Assembly: GCA_963775425.1 (NCBI GenBank)
Contig: CAVZJB010000014.1
Span: 1 to 64,000, forward strand
DNA: 64,000 bases
DNA from: an uncultured delta proteobacterium
GTDB taxonomy: Bacteria; Myxococcota; UBA727; VGSZ01
Direction of reading: 5' to 3'
Each line of letters opens with the position of its first letter. Position 1 is the first letter of the stretch. The translations under genes and the position numbers were made by a program. Of this stretch, positions 8,106 through 17,012 are shown piece after piece. The notes under the pieces are model-generated. The model ran no database searches and was not told where the DNA came from. It saw only the letters and a program-made list of their open reading frames with translations.

Positions 8106-9611
8106 TCAGCGAACAAAGTTGAAGATCAGTTGGGTGGTGTCGAGCGGGCCGCTGTCGACGCAGGGCTCGTCGTAGCCCTGCTTCTTGAACTCGACCGTGC
8201 ACACGGCGACGAGCTTCTTGCGCGACGAGACCTTCGCGGGCATGTCGGCGATGATGTCGTTGGCGAACGCCCCCTTGTCGTCGACGCCGAGGTCGCTCAC
8301 CCAGACCCTGGGCGCGCCGTCCTTGTAGAGCCGGTCGACGAGCGCGAGCGCCTTGTTGGTGGACAGGTTCGCGATGGCGTCGTGGTTCTTGGCTTTGCGC
8401 TGTTCGCGCAGCCACGCCCGCGCCTCATGGCGCGCCGGCGGCGGGGGCGCTGCGGCGGTGCCGGCGACGCCCAGGCCGCCGGTGCCGAGGGTGTTGGCCG
8501 CGTCGTTGCCCGCGCCGTCGGCGTCGCCCGCGAGCCCGCCGGCGCTCCCGCCGGCCTGCTGCGCCTGGATCTGCGCGAGCAGCGCGTTGAGGTCCTGCGG
8601 CTGCGCGTCGCCGTTCGGCGCGAGGAGGCCTGCCTGGGCCGCGTTGTCGTCGAGCTGGTGCTGGGCGGCGGCGGCCTTGGCGCGCTGCTGGAACTTCATG
8701 AAGTTGGGGATGGCGACGGCGGCGAGGATGCCGACGACGCAGACGTACAGGTAGACGGTGGCGAGCCCGGTGACGCCGCCGGCCGCGAAGCCGAAGAACG
8801 GCGCGAGCACGTAGGACATCGGGTTCCTGCCGACGTCGGGGGCCATGCCGGCGTCTCTCGCGCGGTGCAGGGCGGCCGCGCGCTTGCTGAGGTACGGGTG
8901 CGTGCTCGACAGCTCGACGAGGGCCATGATCAGGCTGCCCGTCTCGTGGCGCTGCTCGAGGAGCGCGTCGACGCTCACCTTGCGCGCCTGCCGCCCGCCC
9001 GCGGCGAGGACGGCGAGGGCGCGGGCGGAGGTCTCGACGTCGCCGGCGGCGGCGAGGCCGCAGGCGTCGCTCGAGTACTCGCAGGCGCGCGAGTAGGCGG
9101 GCCCGAGCAGCGGCACCAGCTTCGCCGGCCACAACAGCCAGCTCCAGCTCAGGTGGCCGAGGGCGAGGTGGCCGAGCTCATGGCCGATGATGAAGTCGAC
9201 GGCGGAGGCGTCGCCGGGGGCCTTGCCCTCGTCGAGGGTCTCGCACGCGTCGAGGATCTCGGCGTTCAGGATGACGAACTTGCGCGAGAAGAGCTTGGTG
9301 GCGAACGCGTTCAGCACGCCGCCGCCCGACGTGACGTAGACCTCGGGGATGCGCTCGAGGCCGAGCTTCTGGCAGGCCGCCTCGATGCGCTTGTACAGGT
9401 CCGGGAGCTGCCGGGTCCCGACGCGGACGGCGTTGCCCGTGATGCGCGCGAGCAAAAAGGCGTGGCCGAGGGCGACACCGACGGCGACGAACGGCGCGTA
9501 GAGGAGGCCGACCAGGCTGACGACCAGCGCCACCCACACCAGCGACGAGAAGATGAGGGCGATGATGAAGAGGTTGCGCTCCTTGGTGGAGCGGCAGGCG
9601 GCGGCGAGCAT
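8106..9611 (-). CDS. M48-family Zn metallopeptidase with a pilin-like helix and C-terminal domain
   Basis: LNAFA, FIIGHELGH (HExxH), YSRACEYSSD and STHP motifs; N-terminal TM helices. Confidence 0.85.
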   Translation of the reverse strand: MLAAACRSTKERNLFIIALIFSSLVWVALVVSLVGLLYAPFVAVGVALGHAFLLARITGNAVRVGTRQLPDLYKRIEAACQKLGLERIPEVYVTSGGGVLNAFATKLFSRKFVILNAEILDACETLDEGKAPGDASAVDFIIGHELGHLALGHLSWSWLLWPAKLVPLLGPAYSRACEYSSDACGLAAAGDVETSARALAVLAAGGRQARKVSVDALLEQRHETGSLIMALVELSSTHPYLSKRAAALHRARDAGMAPDVGRNPMSYVLAPFFGFAAGGVTGLATVYLYVCVVGILAAVAIPNFMKFQQRAKAAAAQHQLDDNAAQAGLLAPNGDAQPQDLNALLAQIQAQQAGGSAGGLAGDADGAGNDAANTLGTGGLGVAGTAAAPPPPARHEARAWLREQRKAKNHDAIANLSTNKALALVDRLYKDGAPRVWVSDLGVDDKGAFANDIIADMPAKVSSRKKLVAVCTVEFKKQGYDEPCVDSGPLDTTQLIFNFVR

Positions 9612-9689
9612 CGTGGGGCACCCCGAGAAAAGGAGAGCCCTCGTAGCCCGCCGCCGCCGCGGCGTCGGTGACCTGCGCCACGCGGGCGC

Positions 9690-10325
9690 TCAGGCGATGC
9701 CGAGCAGCCGCTGGATGTGGAGCAGCGCCGCCTCGGTGCGCTCGGCGACCTGCTCGCTGCCGAAGATGTCCGTCCCGAAGAAGCGCGCGGTGACCTCGGG
9801 CAGCCCGAAGAACAGCAGGTGCACGCCGGCGGTGGACATCACGAGCTGCTTCGGATCCTGCCTGGGGACGTGGCCTTCGGCCATGCCCTGCTCGAGCAGC
9901 GAGGCGCTCGTGCGCAGGACGACGTCGAGGGCGTCGCCGGCCGCGGCGAGGGCGGAGCCGCCGTCGACGAACTCGCGCAGCAACAGCCGAGCGGCGACCG
10001 GGTTCCCACCGAGGTAGCCCTGCACCGCACGGGTCGCGCGGGCGACACGGTCGGGGAATGGACAGTCGCTCTGGAGCGCCTCGGAGACGTGCGTGCCGAG
10101 CTCCGCGAGGATCCCGGAGAGCGACTCGCGATACAGCTCGTCCTTGGTGGCAAAGTGATGAAAGAGAGACGACTTTCGGATGCCAGCCCTTGAGGCGATG
10201 TCCCCCATGCTGGCGCCTGCGTAGCCGAGTTGCGAAAACGCCTCCCGGGCGACCCGCAAAAGATGCTCTCTCGTAACGGGGCGGGCCGGTCTCCCGGGCC
10301 GCCGTGGCGCCTCTTCCTCGTGCAC
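9690..10325 (-). CDS. TetR/AcrR-family regulator
   Basis: HTH: AREAFSQLGYAGASMGDIASRAGIRKSSLFHHFATKDELY. Confidence 0.92.
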   Translation of the reverse strand: MHEEEAPRRPGRPARPVTREHLLRVAREAFSQLGYAGASMGDIASRAGIRKSSLFHHFATKDELYRESLSGILAELGTHVSEALQSDCPFPDRVARATRAVQGYLGGNPVAARLLLREFVDGGSALAAAGDALDVVLRTSASLLEQGMAEGHVPRQDPKQLVMSTAGVHLLFFGLPEVTARFFGTDIFGSEQVAERTEAALLHIQRLLGIA

Positions 10326-10423
10326 GTCTCCCCCCGGATGCGTTCACCTGCAATCCTTACACGGATCGGGAGAAAACGGACGTGCACTTGCGCATGCATG
10401 CGTTTTCGCCTCTAACGGACGCT

Positions 10424-11218
10424 ATGCCCATCTGGCTCAGCGTGCTTTTCCTGGGGTTTGTCGAGGGTGTGACGGAGTTCCTCCCGGTGTCCTCTACCGG
10501 ACACCTCCTCATCGCGGAGCGTTGGCTGCCCCGCCAGACCGACCTGTTCAACATCGTCATCCAGTGCGGCGCCGTCCTCGCGGTCGTCCCGATCCCGGTG
10601 TTCCGCGCGCGCATCGGCAAGATGCTGCGCATGGGCCCCGAGGGGCGGCTCTACGCCGGCAAGGTGCTCGTCGCCTTCGGCATCACCGGCGCCGGCGGCC
10701 TCGTCCTCGACAAGATGGGCTTTCGCCTCCCGGAGACGCTGCTGCCGGTGGCGCTCGCCTTGCTGATCGTCGGCGTGCTGCTGGTCGTGGTCGAGCGCGT
10801 CATCCGCGACAAGCCCGCGCGCGACGAGATCACGTGGCTGGTGGCCGCCGTCGTCGGCGCCGGCCAGCTCGTCGCCGCGGTGTTCCCGGGGACCTCGCGC
10901 TCGGGCGCCACCATCCTGCTGATGCTCCTCCTCGGCGTGAGCCGCACGGCCGCCACGGAGTTCACGTTCCTCGTCGGCATCCCCACGATCCTCGCGGCGG
11001 GCGGCTTCAAGATCTTCAAGGCGCTGCACCACGCGGCGCCCGACGCGCCCGCGGAGAGCTGGTCCATGGTGGCGCTCGGCTTCGTCGTGTCCGCCGCGGT
11101 GTCGTTCGTCGTCGTGAAGTGGCTGATGGCCTACATCCGCACGCACACCTTCACGGCCTTCGGCTATTACCGCATCGTGCTCGCCGGCTTGATCTTCGGC
11201 CTGCTCTTCACGGCGTGA
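10424..11218 (+). CDS. uppP: Undecaprenyl-diphosphatase (BacA)
   Basis: GFVEGVTEFLPVSSTGH and PGTSRSGATI motifs. Confidence 0.95.
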   Translation: MPIWLSVLFLGFVEGVTEFLPVSSTGHLLIAERWLPRQTDLFNIVIQCGAVLAVVPIPVFRARIGKMLRMGPEGRLYAGKVLVAFGITGAGGLVLDKMGFRLPETLLPVALALLIVGVLLVVVERVIRDKPARDEITWLVAAVVGAGQLVAAVFPGTSRSGATILLMLLLGVSRTAATEFTFLVGIPTILAAGGFKIFKALHHAAPDAPAESWSMVALGFVVSAAVSFVVVKWLMAYIRTHTFTAFGYYRIVLAGLIFGLLFTA

Positions 11219-11223
11219 GGCCG

Positions 11224-11814
11224 ATGATCACCCGCTTCGACACCGCCGCCCTCGACCGCATCCGCGCCCGCCTCGCCGGGCTCGCGGTGCGCACGGCGGG
11301 CGAGGACGATATGCCGCGGGCGGCGGTGTTGGTGCCGCTGTGTATCCGGGACGGCGCCGCGGCCGTGCTGTTCACCAAGCGCACCGAGACGGTCGGCACG
11401 CACAAGGGGCAGGTGAGCTTCCCGGGCGGGCGCATGGACCCCGAGGACGCCGACGAGATCGCCTGCGCGCTCCGCGAGCTCGACGAGGAGCTCGGGGTCC
11501 CGCCCGCGAGCGTCGCCGTGCTCGGGCGGTTTCACGAGGTCATCAGCATCACCCGCATGCGGGTCACGCCCGTCATCGGCTTCCTCGGCGATCGCGCAGA
11601 TCCGGAGAAGCTGAGGCCGTCGCCGGCGGAGATCGACGACGTCTTCGCGCTCACCCTCGAGGAGCTGCTCGCCGCGCGCGACGTGCGCCCGCTGCGCTCG
11701 GGACGGCCCGGCCCCTGGTACACCGCGGGGCCCCACCCGGTCTGGGGCCTCACGGCCTTCATCCTCGACGAGGTGTTGCGCGACGTGCTCGAGCTCCCCG
11801 TCCCGCCCCTGTGA
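11224..11814 (+). CDS. Nudix CoA pyrophosphatase
   Basis: AAVLVPL, HKGQVSFPGG, ALRELDEELG and VWGLTA motifs. Confidence 0.9.
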   Translation: MITRFDTAALDRIRARLAGLAVRTAGEDDMPRAAVLVPLCIRDGAAAVLFTKRTETVGTHKGQVSFPGGRMDPEDADEIACALRELDEELGVPPASVAVLGRFHEVISITRMRVTPVIGFLGDRADPEKLRPSPAEIDDVFALTLEELLAARDVRPLRSGRPGPWYTAGPHPVWGLTAFILDEVLRDVLELPVPPL

Positions 11815-11844
11815 AAGCCGCAGCGCCGCCGCCGCCGCGCCGGC

Positions 11845-13101
11845 CTACTGGCAGGTCTTCGGCGAGCCGGTGCAGACGAGGTCTGCGGAGCAGCCCGTGG
11901 CGACGGAGCAGCACTCGCTCGTCGACGTGCAGGTGTGGTTTTTGGCGAGGCCGCCGCAGTCGGCGCCGTTGTCGCCCATGGAGATCTCGGAGCCGCTGGT
12001 GTGCACGTTGGATTGCAGCTTGCAGAAGTTGCCCGTGAGCTTGCCGCCGGCGTCGCGCGCGCACGGGTTCGATGAGGCGCAGGTGTTGCTGCCGGGCGTC
12101 TCGAACAGCGCGCGGAAGCACTGGTCATACGTGGCCCGGGTGTTGGTCTCGTCGTCGGCCGCCGGTCCCGGATCGGCGAGCACCCCCGACGGGCAGAGGA
12201 TGCCGCGCGTGCGGAGGGTGAGAGCGCCGGTGGAGTCGGCGGCGGGGATGGAGGAGAAGCTCGTGACCACCATGTCGATGTTGTCGGCGCCCATGGTCAT
12301 CAGGAATTCCTCGGTGCCGAACGAGTTGTCGATCCGCGACTGCTGCGCGCAGGTGCCGGCGGCGTCGTCGAAGAGGTACACGACGGTGTCGATGGGCGAG
12401 CCCACTTGCACGTCGACGGTCATCCCCGCGCGCATGGCGGTGCGGCGGCGCACGTTGAAGCGGTCCTGGCCGTCGAGCGTGAAGCGGTCGCCGGTGATGT
12501 TGTCGAGCGTGACGGCCTGGTCCGCGAAGAAGTCGATGGTGCTGGAGGGGATGCTGTCGCAGATGACGGCGCCGGCGTCGTTGGTGCATACGTCGTTGCC
12601 GGTGCAGGACTGCAGCGCGCCGCAGAACGGGGCGCCGCAGACCGGCGGTTCGCCTTCGCCCTCTCCTTCGCCTTCGCCTTCGCCTTCGCCCTCGCCTTCG
12701 CCTTCGCCTTCGCCCTCGCCGGCGCCGGCGCAGGCGACGGTGTCGAACGTGCAGCTCGTGGTGCACTTCAGGGTGCCGCCGCTGAAGCCGAGCGACGTGC
12801 AGCTCCCGCCGCGCAGGTCGTTGCGGTCGCACTGCTCGCCGCCGGAAGCGACGCCGTCGCCGCACACGGCCTGATCGCCTTCGCCCTCTCCCTCGCCTTC
12901 GCCCTCGCCGACGTCACCTTCGCCTTCACCGACGGGCAGCGGGCCCGAGGGATCGGCGATGCAGGTGCCCTTCACGCAGATCTGGCCGTCGTCGCAGTTG
13001 GCGCTCACCTGGCACTGCGACCCGAGGGGCTCGGCCGGCCCGCAGCCGGAGAGGGTCGGCAGCGCGAGCCCGGCGAGCAGGGAAAGCAGGACGGAGCGCA
13101 T
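11845..13101 (-). CDS. Cys-rich (GE)n lipoprotein with a PPC-like domain
   Basis: LSGC lipobox, CGDG..EQCD repeat, GE tracts, DTVVYLFDD motif. Confidence 0.75.
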   Translation of the reverse strand: MRSVLLSLLAGLALPTLSGCGPAEPLGSQCQVSANCDDGQICVKGTCIADPSGPLPVGEGEGDVGEGEGEGEGEGDQAVCGDGVASGGEQCDRNDLRGGSCTSLGFSGGTLKCTTSCTFDTVACAGAGEGEGEGEGEGEGEGEGEGEGEGEPPVCGAPFCGALQSCTGNDVCTNDAGAVICDSIPSSTIDFFADQAVTLDNITGDRFTLDGQDRFNVRRRTAMRAGMTVDVQVGSPIDTVVYLFDDAAGTCAQQSRIDNSFGTEEFLMTMGADNIDMVVTSFSSIPAADSTGALTLRTRGILCPSGVLADPGPAADDETNTRATYDQCFRALFETPGSNTCASSNPCARDAGGKLTGNFCKLQSNVHTSGSEISMGDNGADCGGLAKNHTCTSTSECCSVATGCSADLVCTGSPKTCQ

Positions 13102-13116
13102 CGACCCGCGAGCGTA

Positions 13117-14025
13117 TCACGGGGCGCAGGCGCCCGCCGGGTTGCTGTCGAATACGATCTTGATCGTATCCCCGGTGCCGAAGCCGTTGCGGCAACTGTC
13201 CGTCACGCAGCAGAAGTGGCCCGACGTCGTGCCGTCGCCGTTCAACAGCGAGCACGGGTTGCGGCCGCACCCCTGCGCCGCCACCCGCGGCGCGCACTCG
13301 TCCCAGGTCGCCTCGGAGTCCGTCACATGGCCGCACAACAGCGGCCGCGTCTCCAAGGAGAACGCGCCCGTCGCCCCGCTGAACCCCGTGACCACGAGGT
13401 CCGCCTCCGACACGGCGCTCATGTCGACCACCAGCCGGGAGTCGGTGTTCTGGGCGGCCAGGTCGATGTCGTCGTTCTTGTCCACCTGGGTGCACAGGCC
13501 GCCGCCGTCGTCGAAGAGGTAGAGCAGCGTGTCGAAGGCGGCGCTCGTGAGCGTCACCCGCAATTGCATCGACGGGTCGGCGCCACTCACGGTGTAGGCG
13601 CGCGCGAGGCGCTCCTCGCCGTCGAAGCTCGAGGTGGCGCCGGTGGTGTCGTCGAGGGTGGCGCTCACGGTGTCGAAGACGCCGATGGTGGCGCCGTCGA
13701 AGGTGGAGCAGACGTCGCCCTCGCCCTCTCCCTCTCCCTCTCCCTCTCCCTCGCCCTCGCCCTCGCCCTCTCCCTCTCCCTCGCTGGGGCCGCCGTCTTT
13801 GGCGACGTCGGGGCCGCCGTCCTTGGCGACGTCGGGGCCGGCGTCGCCGGGGGCCACGACGCCGGTGGGGTCGTCCGCGCAGTCGCCGTTGAGGCAGATG
13901 CCGCCGGGCCCGCAGTCCGCGCTCACCTTGCACTCGCTGCCCGGAGGGGCGGGGCAGCCGGGCGCGCCGCCGACGACCCCGGCGAAGGCCACGATGACGA
14001 GGACGGCGAGCAACGCGGGACGCAC
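13117..14025 (-). CDS. Cys-rich (GE)n secreted protein, paralog of 11845-13101
   Basis: GTG start, signal peptide, GE tract, DTLLYLFDD..NDD motif. Confidence 0.7.
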   Translation of the reverse strand: MRPALLAVLVIVAFAGVVGGAPGCPAPPGSECKVSADCGPGGICLNGDCADDPTGVVAPGDAGPDVAKDGGPDVAKDGGPSEGEGEGEGEGEGEGEGEGEGEGDVCSTFDGATIGVFDTVSATLDDTTGATSSFDGEERLARAYTVSGADPSMQLRVTLTSAAFDTLLYLFDDGGGLCTQVDKNDDIDLAAQNTDSRLVVDMSAVSEADLVVTGFSGATGAFSLETRPLLCGHVTDSEATWDECAPRVAAQGCGRNPCSLLNGDGTTSGHFCCVTDSCRNGFGTGDTIKIVFDSNPAGACAP

Positions 14026-14060
14026 GCCCCGAGGGTAGCATGCGGGCCGCGGCCCGCTCT

Positions 14061-15398
14061 TCAGAGGGTGGCGTCGAGCAGGTCCTGCAGGCGCTCGATG
14101 GTCTCGTCGGCGGTGGGCCGCTTGTCCGGATCTTTTTCGAGGAGCAGCGCGACCAGCCTGTCCACCGCCGTGGGCAGGGACGGCACGACCTCGGACGGCG
14201 GGACCGCGGTCTCGCGGAGCTGCATCAGCGCCACGGCCATGACGTCGGGGTTGTCGGAGCGGAAGGGCACCCGGCCGGTCAACAGCTCGTAGAGCATGAT
14301 GCCCACCGAGTACACGTCGCTGCGCCCGTCGTAGGTGCGGCCGCGCAGGCGCTCGGGCGCCATGTACGCGGGCGAGCCGGCGATGGCGTCGCGGGTGGCG
14401 GCCGCGTTGCCGTCGAGGAGCTTGGCGACACCGAAGTCGAGCACCTTCACCACGTCTGCGCCGCCGGCGTGGTGCAGGAACACGTTGGCGGGCTTGATGT
14501 CGCGGTGGATCACGCTCTGCGCGTGCGCCGCCGCCAGGCACCGGCACACGGGGATGAGCACCTCGACCGCGCGCGAAACGGAGAGCCGGCTCTTGTCGTT
14601 CAGCTCGTCGTCGAGGTTGTGGCCGCGCAACAGCTCCATCACGAGGTAGGCGTGGCCCGAGGGCATCACGCCGAAGTCGAACACGCGCACGGCGTTTTCG
14701 TGCTGCACGCGGCAGGCGCGCACCCCCTCGTTCCTGAAGTCCTCCGCCGCCTCCTGCGACGGCGCCTTGCCCTGCACGCGCCCCATGGAGTCGATGGGCG
14801 ACAACAGCTCGGTGCCGCCGCCGGAGACGCCCTTGAGCACCTTCACGGCGACGTCGGTCTCGAGCGTGGTGTGGCGCGCCCGGAACACCACGCCGAAGCT
14901 GCCGGCGCCGATCTTCTCGATGAGCTCGTAGCGCTCGTCGATGACGAAGCCAGGCGCCGGCTCGCCGGGGCCGCTCACCGGGACCGGGGCGTCGGGCTCC
15001 TGGTGGCGGCGCAGCCGGGCCTCGATGCGCGCGAGCAGCACGCTGAAGTCGTAGGGCTTGGTGATGTAGTCGTCCGCGCCGAGCTCGAGCGCGCCGACGA
15101 CGTCCTCGCTGCCGCCGAGCGCCGTGAGCATGATGACGATGACGTCGGGGAACTCCCGGCGCATGCGCCTGAGGGCCTCGATTCCCGACAGGACCGGCAT
15201 CATCCAATCGAGCAGAATCAGATCGAACGTCTTTCCGCTCTTCTTGCTCTCGTCGAGGATCTCGAGGAGCTCGAGGCCGTTTTGCGCGCCCTCGACGTCG
15301 AAGCCCTTCTTCTCGAGATAGATGCGCAGCATCTGGCGATTGGCATCGTCGTCCTCTGCCAGCAGGATTCGCCGCCGCGCCACCATTGGGTCGGTCAT
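14061..15398 (-). CDS. Response-regulator receiver fused to a Ser/Thr protein kinase
   Basis: LLAEDD, LLDWMMP and ADDYITKP, followed by IGAGSFG, VAVK, HRDIKPAN, DFG and APE. Confidence 0.92.
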   Translation of the reverse strand: MTDPMVARRRILLAEDDDANRQMLRIYLEKKGFDVEGAQNGLELLEILDESKKSGKTFDLILLDWMMPVLSGIEALRRMRREFPDVIVIMLTALGGSEDVVGALELGADDYITKPYDFSVLLARIEARLRRHQEPDAPVPVSGPGEPAPGFVIDERYELIEKIGAGSFGVVFRARHTTLETDVAVKVLKGVSGGGTELLSPIDSMGRVQGKAPSQEAAEDFRNEGVRACRVQHENAVRVFDFGVMPSGHAYLVMELLRGHNLDDELNDKSRLSVSRAVEVLIPVCRCLAAAHAQSVIHRDIKPANVFLHHAGGADVVKVLDFGVAKLLDGNAAATRDAIAGSPAYMAPERLRGRTYDGRSDVYSVGIMLYELLTGRVPFRSDNPDVMAVALMQLRETAVPPSEVVPSLPTAVDRLVALLLEKDPDKRPTADETIERLQDLLDATL

Positions 15399-15496
15399 CC
15401 TCGACCGCGCGACAGATCAAAGTAAACCTGTCCGCGTCGCTGTCCGCCCGGCGACCGCCGTGTGATCCGCGCACGCTGCCGCTGTATACCGGCGGC

Positions 15497-16324
15497 GTGC
15501 CGTCCCCCCGCCGCGCCCTGCTCCGCGCCGCCGCCCCGCTGGCCGTCGTCGCCGTCGCCCTCGCCCCCGCGTGCAAGAGCGCGCCGCCGCCCACGCCGCC
15601 GCCGCGGCCCATCGTCATCGACGAGGACGCGCCCTCGCCCGTGACGTGGGCGGCGCTGCACGCCCGGGGGACACAGGTGCGCTTGCCCGCGCGCCCGGCG
15701 GTGCCGCTGCACCTCGGCGAGGGCATGGAGCTGGTGCACTACGCCTCGGGCGCCCTCTCGCTCCTCGCGGTGGTGGCCCGCCCGCCGCGCACCCCGCTCA
15801 CCGCAGACACCCCCGTGGAGCGCGGCCCCGGCCTCGTCCTCGTGCACCAGGGCGGCGCCCTCGACGACGGCACCCTGACCGCCGCCGCGCCCTTCGTCGC
15901 CGCCGGCATCGTGGTGATGCTGCCGTCGTTTCGGGGCGAGAACGGGAACCCCGGCGCGCCGGAGGCGTTCTTTGGCGAGGTCGACGACGCCAAGGCCGCG
16001 GCGCGCTTCCTCGCCGAGGAGCCCGACGTCGACGTCGACCACCTCTCCGTCTTCGGCGACGGCCACGTGACCGCGCAGCTCGCGCTCGACCCCGATTGTC
16101 CGTTCCGCCTCATCGGCGCCGCCGCCCTCCCCGACGCCGCCGACTACCGCGCCCTCGGCGTCACCACCGTGCCGGAGCGCGCCGCGCGCGCCTTCCCGCC
16201 GCACGCGCAGGAGGCGGCGAAGGATTGGCTGCTCGTGGGCGTGGACGCGGCCGCATTCGCCGCGCGCGTCGTCAAGGCTTCGCAGCCGGCGCTGCTTTCT
16301 GCTTCTTTTCGCTTTGGACCTTGA
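15497..16324 (+). CDS. Alpha/beta-hydrolase-like lipoprotein (possibly inactive)
   Basis: LAPAC lipobox, LVLVHQG, PSFRGENG..GEVDD. No GxSxG motif visible. Confidence 0.6.
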   Translation: MPSPRRALLRAAAPLAVVAVALAPACKSAPPPTPPPRPIVIDEDAPSPVTWAALHARGTQVRLPARPAVPLHLGEGMELVHYASGALSLLAVVARPPRTPLTADTPVERGPGLVLVHQGGALDDGTLTAAAPFVAAGIVVMLPSFRGENGNPGAPEAFFGEVDDAKAAARFLAEEPDVDVDHLSVFGDGHVTAQLALDPDCPFRLIGAAALPDAADYRALGVTTVPERAARAFPPHAQEAAKDWLLVGVDAAAFAARVVKASQPALLSASFRFGP

Positions 16325-16959
16325 CCCAGTGGGTGGCCTGCTTGAGGCCCTTGTTCACCAGGATGTCGCGGATGAAGCCGGGGACCCAGCCCTTGATGGC
16401 GATGTCCACCGAGTACTCGACGATGCTGCGCTTGGGGTTCCCGTCGACGCTGTTGACGCGCCAGAAGCCGACGCTGTCGTCGAGGTCGCTGTTGCGTGTG
16501 TAGTCGAGCGTCCAGGTGCCCCAGCGGTGCTCCATGTCGTAGTCGTGGTGGATGTAATACTCGATGCTCACCGGGAAGCTCGAGAATCTTGAAGTCGACG
16601 TCGATCTTGCCGCCGTCCCGCTTGTAGACCTCGCACTTCTTCACCTCGTCGATCCACTTGGGGTACGAGGCGAAGTCGTTGATGGTGGCCCATACGATGT
16701 CGGGGCTCGCGTCGACGGCGAAGATCGCCATGCCGCGGCCGCCGGCGTCGGCCTCGGTCTGGCGCATCACGGGCTTGTCCTCGTCGATGCGCTTTTGCTC
16801 GGCGGGGGTGAGCTTGAGCGGCGGCGGCGGGCGCGGGTAGGGCTTGAGCTTGCCGTGGTGGTCGTGGGGCTTGTTCGGGTCGGCGGCCCAGGCGCGCGGG
16901 GACGCGAGCGGCACGAGGGCGAGCGACAGCGCGGCGAGGCCGAGGAGGAGGCGCGTCAT
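16272..16959 (-). pseudogene. SRPBCC/START (polyketide cyclase-like) secreted protein with a +1 frameshift at about 16586
   Basis: VWATINDFASYPKWI..VKKCEV continues in another frame as SIEYY..WTLD..SVGFW. Removing one base restores KISSFPVSIEYY. Confidence 0.7.
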
Positions 16960-17012
16960 GCCCCGAAGGTTAGACGGCGCGCCGCGATGCGCAATCCGCG
17001 CGCCGACCGGGG

